A stretch of DNA of 64,000 nt from Chrysomallon squamiferum. Lineage: Eukaryota > Animalia > Mollusca. This document shows, in pieces, positions 51,871 to 64,000 of the stretch. The notes under the pieces were generated by a model that ran no database searches, was not told where the DNA came from, and was given only the letters and a program-made list of their open reading frames with translations. The stretch spans positions 19,096,001 through 19,160,000 of the forward strand of contig CM022673.1 of NCBI GenBank assembly GCA_012295275.1. Reading direction: 5' to 3'. Positions within the stretch are counted from its first letter, which is position 1; each line of letters begins with the position of its first letter. Made by a program: the position numbers and the translations under genes.

Positions 51871-54800
51871 ATGACCACCGTTGAAAGTCACTCTGATGTT
51901 ACCCAACCAATTCCGAGTGAGAAAAGTTCTCTAGGAATAGTGGAGTTCGGCTTTCATGCAAAAACCTCATTTGAAGCGGACGAGGCATTGCTTCTGACGA
52001 GAAGCGAAAAATTTACAGTACACCCTCCCCCGAAGGATGATGATATTTGGAAGAGAAAACCTCCAGATTTCAGATATGTAGTTTATGAACCCAAGCCCCC
52101 ACAAAGAAATTCACGAGATTCACAGCAGCCTTGGAGATACGGCACCATTCCAGGAGAGAGAACAATATATAAACGAGAACAGAAATCGTTATTACCTTTA
52201 ATATTCCGAAGCGCAGAGCCAACGAGAAAAGAATTCTTGACAAGATTTCGTATCATTAGACCATTCACTGCCAAGAAAGAATTTGTTAGTAAAGGAATGA
52301 ATATCCCCGAAGAATATCAGCCGCCAAAACCGCACGACTACAGAGGGGTACGTATAAACAGTTTCTAGAGGTGGATGTAAGCGGTACGTATAAGCAGTCT
52401 ACAGAGGTGAATGCAGCGGTTTAATTATAAACAGTATATAGAGGTGAATGTAGGTGGTACGTATAAACAGTCTACCGAGATGAATGTAAGGGTATGTATA
52501 AACACTCTTCAGAAGTGAATGTGTGTGGGTGTATAAGCGGAACGTATAAACAGTCTACAGAGGTAAATGTAATGGGTATGTATAAACACTCTTCAGAAGT
52601 GAATGTAAGCGAAACGTATAAACAGTCTACAGAGGTAAATGTAATGGGTACGAATAAACACTCTTCAGAAGTGAATGTAAGCGAAACGTATAAACAGTCT
52701 ACAGAGGTAAATGTAATGGGTACGAATAAACACTCTTCAGAAGTGAATGTAAGCGAAACGTATAAACAGTCTACAGAGGTAAATGTAATGGGTACGAATA
52801 AACACTCTTCAGAAGTGAATGTAAGCGAAACGTATAAACAGTCTACAGAGGTAAATGTAATGGGTACGTATAAACACTCTTCAGAAGTGAATGTGTGTGG
52901 GTGGGTGTATAAGCGGAACGTATAAACAGTCTATAAATGTAATGGAACGAATAAACAGTCTTCACAGAATGTAAGCGAAACGTATAAACAGTCTACAGAG
53001 GTAAATGTAATGGGTACGAATAAACACTCTTCAGAAGTGAATGTAAGCGAAACGTATAAACAGTCTACAGAGGTAAATGTAAGCGGAACGTATAAAGTCT
53101 ACTGAGGTGAATGTAAGGGGTACGTATTAGCGCACTATATAAAGCTATGTATTAAGTTAATCAGTTATTCAAAAATAATTTTCTTTTTGGAAATATAATG
53201 TTGAGTCTTAATTAGTAATATTTTTTTATCAACATGTCCGTGAAAAATGATTGAAGTTATTAATCAAATAGTTCTGAAGTTATGTTTTTATTTTTTTGTT
53301 TTGTTTTTAAATATTTAATATTTTAGTGCCGTTTGAGCATAATTACAATTTTCAACAAATCTTGAATTTTAAGGGCCGATTCTGAACTGATAATGTCATT
53401 ATATGTCATTCTATGCGTCGTAAAGATACATTATCATTTTTTTTTCTTCATATCTCTGAAAACTACATTGATATATGAAGCCAGATCTGGTAAAATCCAC
53501 CATTTGCACTAGACCATTCACAGGATAAAAAATTAAAGTGACATAGGTGTAATCACAACACAGTGACATTTGATATTCAGACCAAATATTTCTGTTGATG
53601 TGTATAACGACTTGACTTTTTAAAACTTAACAAAAGAATCAGGCTTTACTGTTGTAAAAATGTACGTTTTAACAAAGACCTAATCAGTAATTTATCTTTT
53701 GTACTGTTATACATTTTACAATGCAAAGCATTTAAATTAAAGTAATTACATTTTTTATGACTGACAGCTCCTGGTAATACTGTTATTTTACAATAAAATC
53801 GGAATATTTATTGTAAGAGTCGTAAAATGTTTTTTTTTTACAACAAAGATGTAATTAGTCAAATTTATAAAAATGAATTTAAAAACTGAAAATGTTTTTA
53901 ATTCAGTATCCACCAATAAAAAGCCTGGGACTTCCTGAATTTGAAACTGACTATGAAAAGGACCCATACAATATCAAGTTTCATACACAACGTCTTAGAA
54001 CAAGCAAGTATTGATCTAATTATGTATGTTGTTGGCAATGTGTGAAATTGTGCAAATATTTCAGTAACCTAAATGTGTATGATTCACTGCCTTAAATGAT
54101 TGATCCATCATTCATTGACAGCAATTGTTGTAAAGGTAAACACAAGAAGATGCAACATTAAATCTTTAGCATAAGAACAATCATAATAAACCACTCCTCC
54201 AAAATATATATAAATATAACACCAAAATCTCACCATCATCAATGAATAACTCTATACTTTTGCAACATATTATGAAATTAAAGTATTGGGGTTTCTTGTT
54301 ATAATTAGTTAAGACATACTGTTTGTTTTTCAGCATATTAGCCATCCTTTTAAAATGCACTGACAGTAACCTTTTATGTTAATCAGTTCATAAATACTAC
54401 TTATATTTTGACTGAAATACTGCTTTTGACTCACATTTAGATGTGAAATGATCTAGATACTCTATAATTGTTTTGTATGTGCCTTTGTTGTAGACAGCAT
54501 ATCCAGAATGAATTTACAGCATAGGTCTGATGAGAATCCATTTTTACACATTGCCTATAACATATGTATGGTCTGACCTATCTGTATACCTGTATATATC
54601 ATTTATAGTTCAGCAACTTCAATTGAATGATTTTATATTCTAGATGTTTTATATAAAAATATATTCTTCAAATTAATAAAACGTTGCTGGCAATCAGTAT
54701 GAAATAAACTAATTTAGTCAACTTTGTTTTTGTTAAAAGTAATTAAAAAATAAAACTGAATTAAAAATAAATAATGTAACTGAATTTTCCACAAACAACT

Positions 54801-55214
54801 TTTGTTAATTCAGAATAAAATTCATTCTATTAAGGAGTAAATAATTCATTCATAATGAAAGGAAATTATATATTCATGGTTATTTTTACTGAGAGCTTCT
54901 AACAAACTGTAAAATCAAGTTTTTTTTCTTCTCCATTTTTGTTTATTTACATGATTGGGGAAGTGTTAATTGCTGACATTTTGTTTATCAGTCCATGGCA
55001 GTGTTCTAAGCTGTGCAGATCGGGATTTTGCAGAAGGTCGTCAGATGGGAAGAGCAAAGACTCCTCAGTTGCCATATGATCCATGTCTGATTCTCTACAG
55101 AGAACAATGGCCACAACCACAGGCAGCTTTCACTGTGTGCATTATTTTAATATTTTAAAAACTTTTCTTAACTGATGACATATATGTTTTAAATTAGTAA
55201 TTATCTTGATATAT

Positions 55215-55300
<86 letters not shown>

Positions 55301-55541
55301 AATTATTGAACAGCTGATACCATACTTTATTAGTTATTGTTATTCTATTTATTATAATTTTTTTTTTTTCACTGAGTAAAAAAAAAATTCAGTGACACTA
55401 TTTATTTTGCAGAGATACCGCCAGAGAAATCGCCAGCCTTACAGTGCATTCATGGAGAGAGTAGAGACAACATTAAGTGCTCACTGGGCAAAGGAAAAAC
55501 TTGAGAAAACCCTTCAAGAAAAAGGAAAAATTGAACAGTGA
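51871..55541 (+). CDS. Uncharacterised basic Pro-rich protein of about 281 aa, resembling C7orf78-like proteins
   Basis: Exons 51871-52347, 53907-54003 (GC donor), 54992-55134 and 55413-55541 join in frame to TGA. Motifs DIWKRKPPDF, PPKPHDYRGYPPIKSLGLPEFETDYEKDPYNIKF and AFTRYRQRNRQPYSAFMERVE. Probable 5'-UTR exon donor cag|gtatgt at 50540. The gene model is solid; the family name is from recall only. Confidence 0.7.
52348..53127. repeat. Minisatellite with a 36-bp monomer organised as a 72-bp dimer (about 20 monomers), in intron 1
   Basis: Alternating units tataaacagtctacagaggtaaatgtaatgggtacg and aataaacactcttcagaagtgaatgtaagcgaaacg, with degenerate edges. Confidence 0.95.
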
Positions 55542-57016
55542 AAAAAGATTTCTTGATTTGCAGTTGATATTACACAGAAATAAGCTAATCACACCAAGGA
55601 TAATTGAACAAAATTATTAAATGGAAAATGATTATTTGTGACTGATGACAGAAAACAGTTTCTTATTTCACATATTCGTTACAGACTTATGTAATTTTTT
55701 ATTCATAAAATTATGAAAGTACTTGCAATTTTTGTTGGGACTGTCTTTTCATTTCAAAATAATGTAACTGTTAGAATTTAAAAGAAACAAAAAACAACTT
55801 TATTTTGAATTACATATTACTTAAACAGCACTTCACTGCGATGAAGTGGGCATGTGCCTCATGTGAGTATTTGTCTGTGTTCAAGTACCACTGCAAGTAC
55901 CAAGATTATCAAATGTGCAAACTTAAAAGTAGAACCACGACATGTTGATTTCCTTTGCTGTTTTTAAAAATAATTACATAGAAAGTTTTTATTTTTATTC
56001 ATAAACTACTAAGCAAAATGGAAGGTTGCTTGCTTGATGGCTGTTGCAGTCGAGTTAGTTTGCTGACTGGACTTTTTGAAAGGGAGGATTAGGATAGTGA
56101 CTTTAAAAGCAACTTTCTCACAAGAATAGTTAATGGTGTTAGCTCAAAGAAAATAATTCCACTGTTTCAACTGTTAATAACCTGACATATCAGACTGTAA
56201 ATACATACATAAATACCTACCCCATGCAAAGAAAATAAAACAAAACAAACAACAACTCGCCAAAGAAAACACCACACAAACAATGAGCAGATTTTCTTTT
56301 ACATACTAACATAGAAAATTGGAGAAAATTAAAACTAAAAAGTTAACCATCTCTGACATACTGACATCTATAAAAGTAAATGTTATCACTTTTAATAAAT
56401 CTGTATAACATGAAACAATTGTAAATGCCTCAGATAACAAATTTTAATAATACTGTGAATATCCTTTGATTAAACAATATAAAATTAACTGGAAGGACAA
56501 TATTAAAAATTATTAAATCAGGACACACACACACACCACTGATATTTAATATTGCACATATTTGATAAAGAATTTTTAATACGAAGTAATTCACCTTAAT
56601 TTTATATATGTGTATATTTCATCAAAATGAAATGAGACAAGAAAATTAAAAACTGATATTTACACAGCATTATAATTTACAACTATAAAATATTTGTAAC
56701 AGAGACAATTACTAAATAGACCTATATGCAAATGCAGTTTTAAACAAACAACTTGAAAAATCTCATTTAATGAATGTAAATATTTAAACTCTGAGTCTGA
56801 AGTACTCTGACAATGCTGTCAACCATGAACCTTTAAAATGTTATATCTATGATGTATGAAATAATTGTTGTTCAAAGTCTTTCTAAAGCTCCTTTTTAGT
56901 TTTATACCATTATTTATCCTCAGACAGAAATATTTCCAACATATACTATGCCTCATTTTATATATTTAAAACCAGAAATAACAAATACATGAAGAAGTCC
57001 AACAGAAGTATAGAGA

Positions 57017-57090
57017 GTTAAATCAGAAATAGCAAAGATGAAATACCATATATATATATGATATTTCATCTTTGCTATTTCTGATTTAAC
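57017..57090. repeat. Near-perfect 74-bp palindrome
   Basis: gttaaatcagaaatagcaaagatgaaata-c-catatatatatatg-a-tatttcatctttgctatttctgatttaac: 29-bp perfect arms, one mismatch and a self-complementary (TA)n centre. Confidence 0.95.
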
Positions 57091-57594
57091 AAATATATAT
57101 CAAATAAAGATCTCTAGTGTTCTGCACTCCACCACAAAGTCCTGGCAAATCTGTGTAATATCTTCTGCACTGTGGACCACACTAATACATCAAGTGTTAC
57201 ACTGGCCTGGAAATGTTTTTGATTTTCAATACAATTTTATTATTCTAAGAATTTTGGGTTTTCTGGAGTGAAATTTGGTATTTTGCCTAATATGGAATAA
57301 GATTACATTCTTGATATCATTCATAGTCTAAAACCACCAAAACAACAAGTAACATTTGAACTGTAAGAAAATACTTTTAAAAAAACCCCCAGACTCTCTA
57401 TTTATACAAAAACAAAGAATATCAGAAGAAACTATACAGGTAAAAATTAAATTAAAGATTAATAAAATTAAAATAAACTAAATTTCCTGTAGATTTTAAC
57501 CAATTAGCTATGACACATTTAACAATAACAAAATATCTAATATCCATAATACTGTAAATATATTCTATTCTCCCAGGTTATCTGTCACTTGCAT

Positions 57595-60288
57595 CTACAG
57601 TTTTGTTTCATCTCTTTTTTGTAATACAGCAAGGCCCGTTTTGTATTCATTCACTTCAATTCCTTCCCATGTTTTATTGTTCAGTGGTTTCATATATCTG
57701 TATTAAAAGTATAAATTATCAGTTAATCACTGTTAAAAATAACATCAGTTTAATTCCAGCTAATATTTTTTTGTTTTGATTCTTTGATTCATGCCACTCA
57801 GAACAATATAAAAGATACGTTCTAATGGAAAATAATATCACTGGTTTGTTCTCTATAGTCTGTATTTTCCAAATCTGATGTCAGATACAAGAGTATGGAT
57901 GATTGTTTACTTTGTCAGTCTTTTGCCTGAATTACTTTATTAAAGTATTAAATTCTTGTGGGTTTTTTTCCACCAATAATGGAAAAGAAAGAAAGAAAGA
58001 AAAAACTTTTTTGTAAGAAATAAAAATGAAGTAAACTATAATAAAAAAAATCTATAATTAATCTTAAAAATAAAATAATAAAAAAAAATATTCATATTTA
58101 TTATTGTTTTTCTATATAATTGATCAATGTTAGAATCGAAAAGAATATGCCAGCCAATTAAATTATTCACATTCTTCATTACAAACCTTTCTAAAATCTG
58201 TTGTTGAATATTTTTCTCCTTATTAGTGAGAGGAACATGAACTGACTCTATGTTTTTATGCAGGTGTTTCATGCTGTAATAATATAAATTGTACATGTAA
58301 AACAATGGTTCTTAATCTTTTATTTTCAGTGACCTATTTCAAAGAACTTTTTATGATGGATCCCTAGCCAAATTTAAACATAAAATCATTATACATTAGA
58401 AAATATAATTTGATCTGTACTCTGGAAGAATGTTACAAGAAAGCTACCAATCTTTGACAGCAATATATTATAAAAAAAAAAAGTACCAGTAAATATAATT
58501 ATATATAATAAAATCAATATTCTAATTTTAACTGAAGATGGATACGTAACTGAAATTAATCTAAGAAAAAAATATACTATAGTAATATATTAAGCATCAA
58601 TCAAGATAAAAAAAAGATAAAAAAAGAAAGTTTGTCAGTTTGAGCACAAACCTGGCTGTGCTGACTAACGTTGTATGATAATCAGACTGGGAGAGGGTGA
58701 AATCCATGGCAAGGCGAGATATATCAACTGCATTTGTCTGCAGTAAAACATCTAATTAATAATAGCACTTAAATAATTATCTTTCATTCTCTCAAAAAAA
58801 AAAACCCACAGTCCCACAAATCATTAAAAAAAACCTTGTTTCTTTGTCACAAACATCATTTTTAACAGTGAGTGAAAATGAACTAATTGTAAGCTGTAGG
58901 TTAAGGTCCATTGTTTTTACTTAATCTGTTTTTCAGTTTGTCAATTTTCTCAGAAAAATGCCCAAAGAAATAAATATATCATACTTGAACATTTGACTGA
59001 TAATCCAAAGCTAATAAAACTAATCTTGAAAATATTTATATGTAAAACAAAGATATACTTTCTTCTTCTTCTGGATGTCTTAACATCTGAAGCACACTAC
59101 AATTAACATGAATATAAGTAAAAACTGCAATCAACTCACCTTACAGAAAGATGCTGCAGCAGCACATGCTTCCTTGATGACTTTCTGTGCAGGATGCCAA
59201 GATGGTGGACCTCGATCTGACAAAAGGCCCATGCTGATGGGTGATGCATTCACCACACCAACATGTTTTGACTACAAGAAAAAAAAGTCTTTGACAGAAA
59301 CACATAACATAAACAAAATTTAAAAAAAGTTTACTTTGCTGCTTTTGTATCAATCAGAAATTAAGTTTATAATTTATACATACCCTGAGATAGGGAATAA
59401 AATCTAAAAGAGAGTTGTCGTTCATAGATCCATGACAGTAGGTAAGCACTGTACTGATTTTCACAAAACTATGATCCAGTACTGTCCTAAAAAATATAAA
59501 ATGTGAGATCTAAATCTGAAATAAATGACTTGATTATTACTGATTCTGTTCATCTAAAAACAAGCATTTTGACTTTTGAAGCTTTAACAAAAATTCGATG
59601 ATCTGGTAAATCAGACAGTTAATATTATAAAATAAACATTTAATGATTTGAAAATGTCTTAAAATATTTAGCTTTTTAATAACATTTTTGATATGGATAC
59701 CTGAAATTTTGAAGAGGATACCCTGTAATTCCTATAAACCTGGCCTTACCAGCATTCACCACTTTCTGTAGTGCTGGTAGAGTTTCACTGATAATCACAT
59801 CAAGACTTGATGCAAATTCCATGTCATGAACCTACATTAAAAATAAACTAAACTTATCTTGTATTAATTTTTATCTTCATAAATTAGACTAGAACATTTT
59901 GTTATTATAAAAGTTTATGTCTTGGACTACAAGTCTTATTGTAGCTTTCTGTGCTTGTGTGTATGGCAAAATAAACCCGAGAAAATTCTCAAAATATTTG
60001 TGCAATAACAGCTTGATTTAAACAGGAATTTTAATAAATATTTCTCACCCACAAATTTAAAAACTTTAATTTATCTTTAAATTTTTGTTTTAAATTACAT
60101 ATCTCAAATTCTTTTGCTATTTATTAAATGCATAAGTTCTGCACAAACACTAATTATGTTTTATCAGTCTGCTGGAGACATGCCAGACCTTTTTATTACA
60201 CCAGATGAATTGTCTACATGTGATTATATGAATACAATAATAATGTAATAATAATAATAAAAGGTGATAAGAATAATAATAGTAGGTG

Positions 60289-60348
<60 letters not shown>

Positions 60349-60632
60349 GTGTTCACAACTGTATCATAATTTATTTGTTTTCTACCTGGATAACATCGAT
60401 GTAGGTGAGACCCAGCCTGTGTAGACTTTCATCAACACTCAGAATTGTTCTTTCAGCACTGAAATCAAATCTCTTTTCAATGTCTGCCTGGTATCGACCA
60501 ACTTTGGTAGCAATATAGTAAGACTCACGTGGAATGTCCTTCAATGCCTATAACACAAATATGTTAAATAATAAACAGGAAACAGTCACTAAAAAGTAAT
60601 ATTTTTCACTTAAATATGATATAATACGCAGT

Positions 60633-60666
<34 letters not shown>

Positions 60667-61531
60667 TATGTATATATAAATTCTTCAGTTAAACTCTGTT
60701 TAAATATAAATATATGCAATAATAACAAACAACAATAATAAAAATAATAATTAAAAAATTCATACTTTACCAAGCACCAGCTCTGATTTCCCATTACCAT
60801 ACCATGGTGCTGTATCAATGTAATTTATCCCATACTTCACTGCTTCTTGTACAACCTGAATTGACTCACTTTCTTCAGTTTCATGGAAAACACTTCCAAG
60901 TGATGATGCCCCTGGATGAACAAGTTAAATTTCAAAAATATGCATTCACATTTCATTCCTAGTAAAATGTGGTCACTTATAACTGAATTAACAAAGATAA
61001 TTCTAATTCATATGTAAAATGTAAAACATATTTATTTAAACGGAATCACTAGATAACATTAAAACAAATATAAGACTCATTCACTGAATAAACTAGTGTT
61101 TATTTTATTGGTCAAAGGTTATTAATAATTAAAAACATTCTTAGATGATGGATGGTCTCATCAAAATTGTTTATCCAACTGTATTATTATTACATACATA
61201 GAAAAGTGTACATTCTTACATGGGTGTAGACTAAAGAATAAAAACTAGTTTATAAATAATGGTTAACTCTTAACATTTGAATCTCAATAGTGCAAAGAGG
61301 AAATGTAATTAATTTCCATTACAAAACCATGAACTGCCTCTTAATTTTATGTTGCTATTTTTAAAATTATCTTTTAACATTGAAATATAATAAGGAAAAA
61401 AACTGAAAATAAAATTCTAAAAATTACCAAAACTAAGCACTGAAACTGGTAGTTCAGTTTCACCCAGGATTCTGTAACACATTCTGGAGACTTCATGATC
61501 ATAGTGGAAACCAGGAACATAAGTTTGTAAC
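57595..61531 (-). CDS. Aldo-keto reductase, L-galactose dehydrogenase-like (start codon exon not located)
   Basis: Exons 61531-61428, 60911-60766, 60547-60386, 59831-59701, 59486-59384, 59271-59140, 58737-58652, 58273-58187 and 57697-57595 join in frame to TAG. Motifs TYVPGFH...YRILGETELPVSVLSFGASSLGSVF, GINYIDTAPWYG, YYIATKVGRY, LGLTYIDVIQVHD and NASPISMGLL..RGPPSWHPA. The catalytic tetrad D/Y/K/H is present. Confidence 0.9.
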
Positions 61532-63184
61532 CTGGAAATAAAACATTAAAAAATATTTTGCTGAAGTAAACATACTCCTTGTCAATCAAAATAGAGACGA
61601 TATCTTTCTGCTGTGTGTTACAAATTATATTTCAGTCTGAATCATAATAATTTCCAAAACTACAATTTCTATGCAATATTTCCAGGATTAAATATTTAGC
61701 TAACATCCTATTATTAACTTTTAAATAATTCCTTTTACAATTTATATATATATATATATATATATAAACAAAAACAAAATTAAGTAAATTAAAAGAAAAA
61801 GTACATTATACATGTGCAATAGTAAAAACTAATATTTTTTTTAGTATTAGTAGCACCAAACAAGCTTTATATATGAAAACAAATGAACCAATAAAATTAA
61901 TCATCATTTGATAGACAAACCCAAATAACAACATAAAATTTCAAGGTTCTGTCTTAATTACTTTTTAAGATATACTGCTTCAAAGTCAATTTTGTTGCTG
62001 TTGAAAATGGACATTTGGAATATTTTGAAAAATGTGCAACTTTGTATCTCAATTACAAGAGAAGAAAGGTTGAAATCAACAGAAACAATAGTTCCAGTAA
62101 AAACAAAAATACAAGATTAATGTAATACTTTAGTAAGGCAAAAATTTTAATTTTGAATCATTACCTTTTTTCTCATAAGATGTTTCAACTTCAAAGTGAA
62201 GTAAAATCTGAACTATTAAACATTCAGCCTTAGAATGTTTGAAGCTCGTTAGTAATAAACCTGTCTAATTTCTTGGGTAGCTATAATAAATTATAGGTGA
62301 ATAAATTGATAAACATAGAAAAAATAAATACTGCCACATGCAAGTCTTTCTCTGTTGACTGGTCCTGTTATTGTTTTGTCCTGTATTATGTTAAGCTCCA
62401 GATGAATATCATGAACATGCGTTAAACCTGTCCCACCTGATATTTTTCAGTGTCACTAACAACCTGTTTTGTTTGTCAGAACTATTACATGCATTTCTGT
62501 CTGAAGCATCTATTCTGCAACATTGTTAGATGTTCTAACAAAGAGCTGCTGTAGGTTTTAATTTTATCAAAATAATTAAGATTAGTATTACTTTGAAATG
62601 ACTTTTGCACTAAGTAACTAAGAGATGAATGCAAATTTATTTTTAGCTTACTAGTTCTGATGACTGACATACAATCCTTAGTTGACTGAGCTCAAAACAC
62701 ATCTAACAAACAAACAACATACTCTCTTCTCCTCACATTGCAATAACAACAATAGTGTTTATTTAAAAAATAAATTAAAACAAAATTAAAAACAAAATAA
62801 TTATAATTAAAAAAATAAAATAATAAAACAATTATTCCTTTCAGTCAGTTATTTTAAATCTATTTCAGGATGACTCAACAATAAAACTTGCAAAATAATA
62901 ATGTAAGTAGAAGCAGGCAAATGAAAGAACTCAATGCAAAAATAACCTAATATTAATAATATATTAGACGATGATCCAGAAATCATTTAGCCATTGTCAG
63001 GAACACTTCTATGAAGTATATATGTGTGTGTGTAATATGTATATAATACTGTTTTCATTACTAAGCTTAAATTACTTTTGTAATTCTCTTACCTTTAGTT
63101 AATGTACAGTGTAATTTTATAATGTTCAAAGATCACAATCATTACTTTTAGGACTAATTTCTGTTCTACTTGTTTATTTGTTTT

Positions 63185-63400
63185 CTCAATAACTTAAAAT
63201 TTTCTTGTTAAATCTGTAATTATTGCAATATTTTTGTAGACACTTTGCTATAGGAAAAGGTTCAGATTCCACCAGTTTTCTAGCTTCAGGAAATGACACT
63301 GTTTTTAAAACCTTCTGGTTTTCATCTTGGAGATCCATGAGAATGTGAAAAGCAGTACTCCTTGCAGTTTATGGATTCAGAATAATTTGGGCTATCATGG
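63185..63400 (-). mobile_element. Degenerate non-LTR retrotransposon ORF1 (gag-like) fragment
   Basis: A broken zinc-knuckle remnant INCKEYCFSHS followed by KTVSFPEARKLVES, matching the SFPEARK motif found downstream of CCHC knuckles in LINE ORF1 proteins; contains stops and frameshifts. Confidence 0.55.
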
Positions 63401-63414
63401 GCTACAGTGTATCT

Positions 63415-63760
63415 GGGTCATTCCATGTCAAATTACCCCCCCCTAAAAAAAAAGATATTAAAACCCGACCGTCTCAGATTTTTATAAAACTTTATACTTG
63501 TTGACTGGGATCCCATAGCACCAAATCTGAAATTTTAGCCCAATTGGACCAGTGGTGTGGGAGATATGGCCCACCGAATTTTGAGATTTTTGACAAAAAT
63601 GGGCGTGACCACCAACCTTTTAACCCTCATATCTTAGGAACTACTGGGCCAATCTTCATAAAATTGGTATTGTTGAAAAGGCAATATAACAAGGATTCCA
63701 AATCTGCCATTTTTGTTCAGTTTGGAAAATATTGGGGTACATTTACCTTTTGACCTTTGC
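63415..63760. mobile_element. Left arm of a DNA transposon/MITE of the same family as 26778-27335
   Basis: gggtcattcc...aaacccgaccgtctcaga...cagtggtgtgggagatatg...aaaatgggcgtgaccaccaacc...catatcttaggaactactgggccaatcttcataaaattggtattgttgaaaaggca. It matches 26780-26950 directly and 27110-27288 in reverse complement. Confidence 0.8.
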
Positions 63761-64000
63761 TATGAACTTGAAATTGACCGTGTAGATCACGTGACCTTGA
63801 GATGACCTTTATTTAAATTTAATCCCCCACATGTTAACTAAAACATATAAAAGTTTCCTGGGTGTAATATTTTTTGTTTAGCCACAATATGGATTTAAAA
63901 AATGCACATACATGAAAATAACACCTTTTCAGCCATTAACATCTGATTAACTAAAACCTGAATGATCAATTCTGGATGCTAGGAATCACCTAGTAAGACA

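Noticed and set aside
52494-52925. 143-aa repetitive ORF (TYKQSTEVNVMGTNKHSSEVNVSE)n as a protein-coding gene
   Set aside because: It lies inside an intronic minisatellite whose 36-bp unit keeps one frame open by chance, and the host gene splices in frame without it.
52348-53127. CRISPR-like array, given the 36-bp periodicity
   Set aside because: Alternate units are near-identical repeats, not unique spacers; the context is eukaryotic and there are no cas genes.

Overview
This is AT-rich, intron-rich animal genomic DNA, not prokaryotic; the gene content and repeats suggest an invertebrate, probably a mollusc. Most entries in the ORF track are exon fragments or microsatellite artefacts, so I rebuilt the genes by hand from splice sites and reading frame. 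From left to right: (1) the 5' part of E3 ubiquitin ligase UBR3 (minus strand, 26 coding exons in the window), head-to-head with (2) a cytochrome b561 gene across a compact ETS/CCAAT bidirectional promoter; (3) a possible decayed spliced pseudogene or lncRNA on the minus strand; (4) a 6-exon orphan coiled-coil gene; (5) a cluster of three paralogous 3-coding-exon genes for secreted prepro-proteins with a Spaetzle/neurotrophin-like cystine-knot domain and an atypical cysteine layout, which is the most interesting element; (6) a C7orf78-like gene with a GC-AG intron and a 36/72-bp minisatellite starting at a splice donor; (7) a convergent L-galactose-dehydrogenase-like aldo-keto reductase. Transposon remnants (MULE with a 9-bp TSD, pogo, MITEs, LINE ORF1) and microsatellites are interspersed. 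Family assignments rest on motif recognition from memory; no database search was run.
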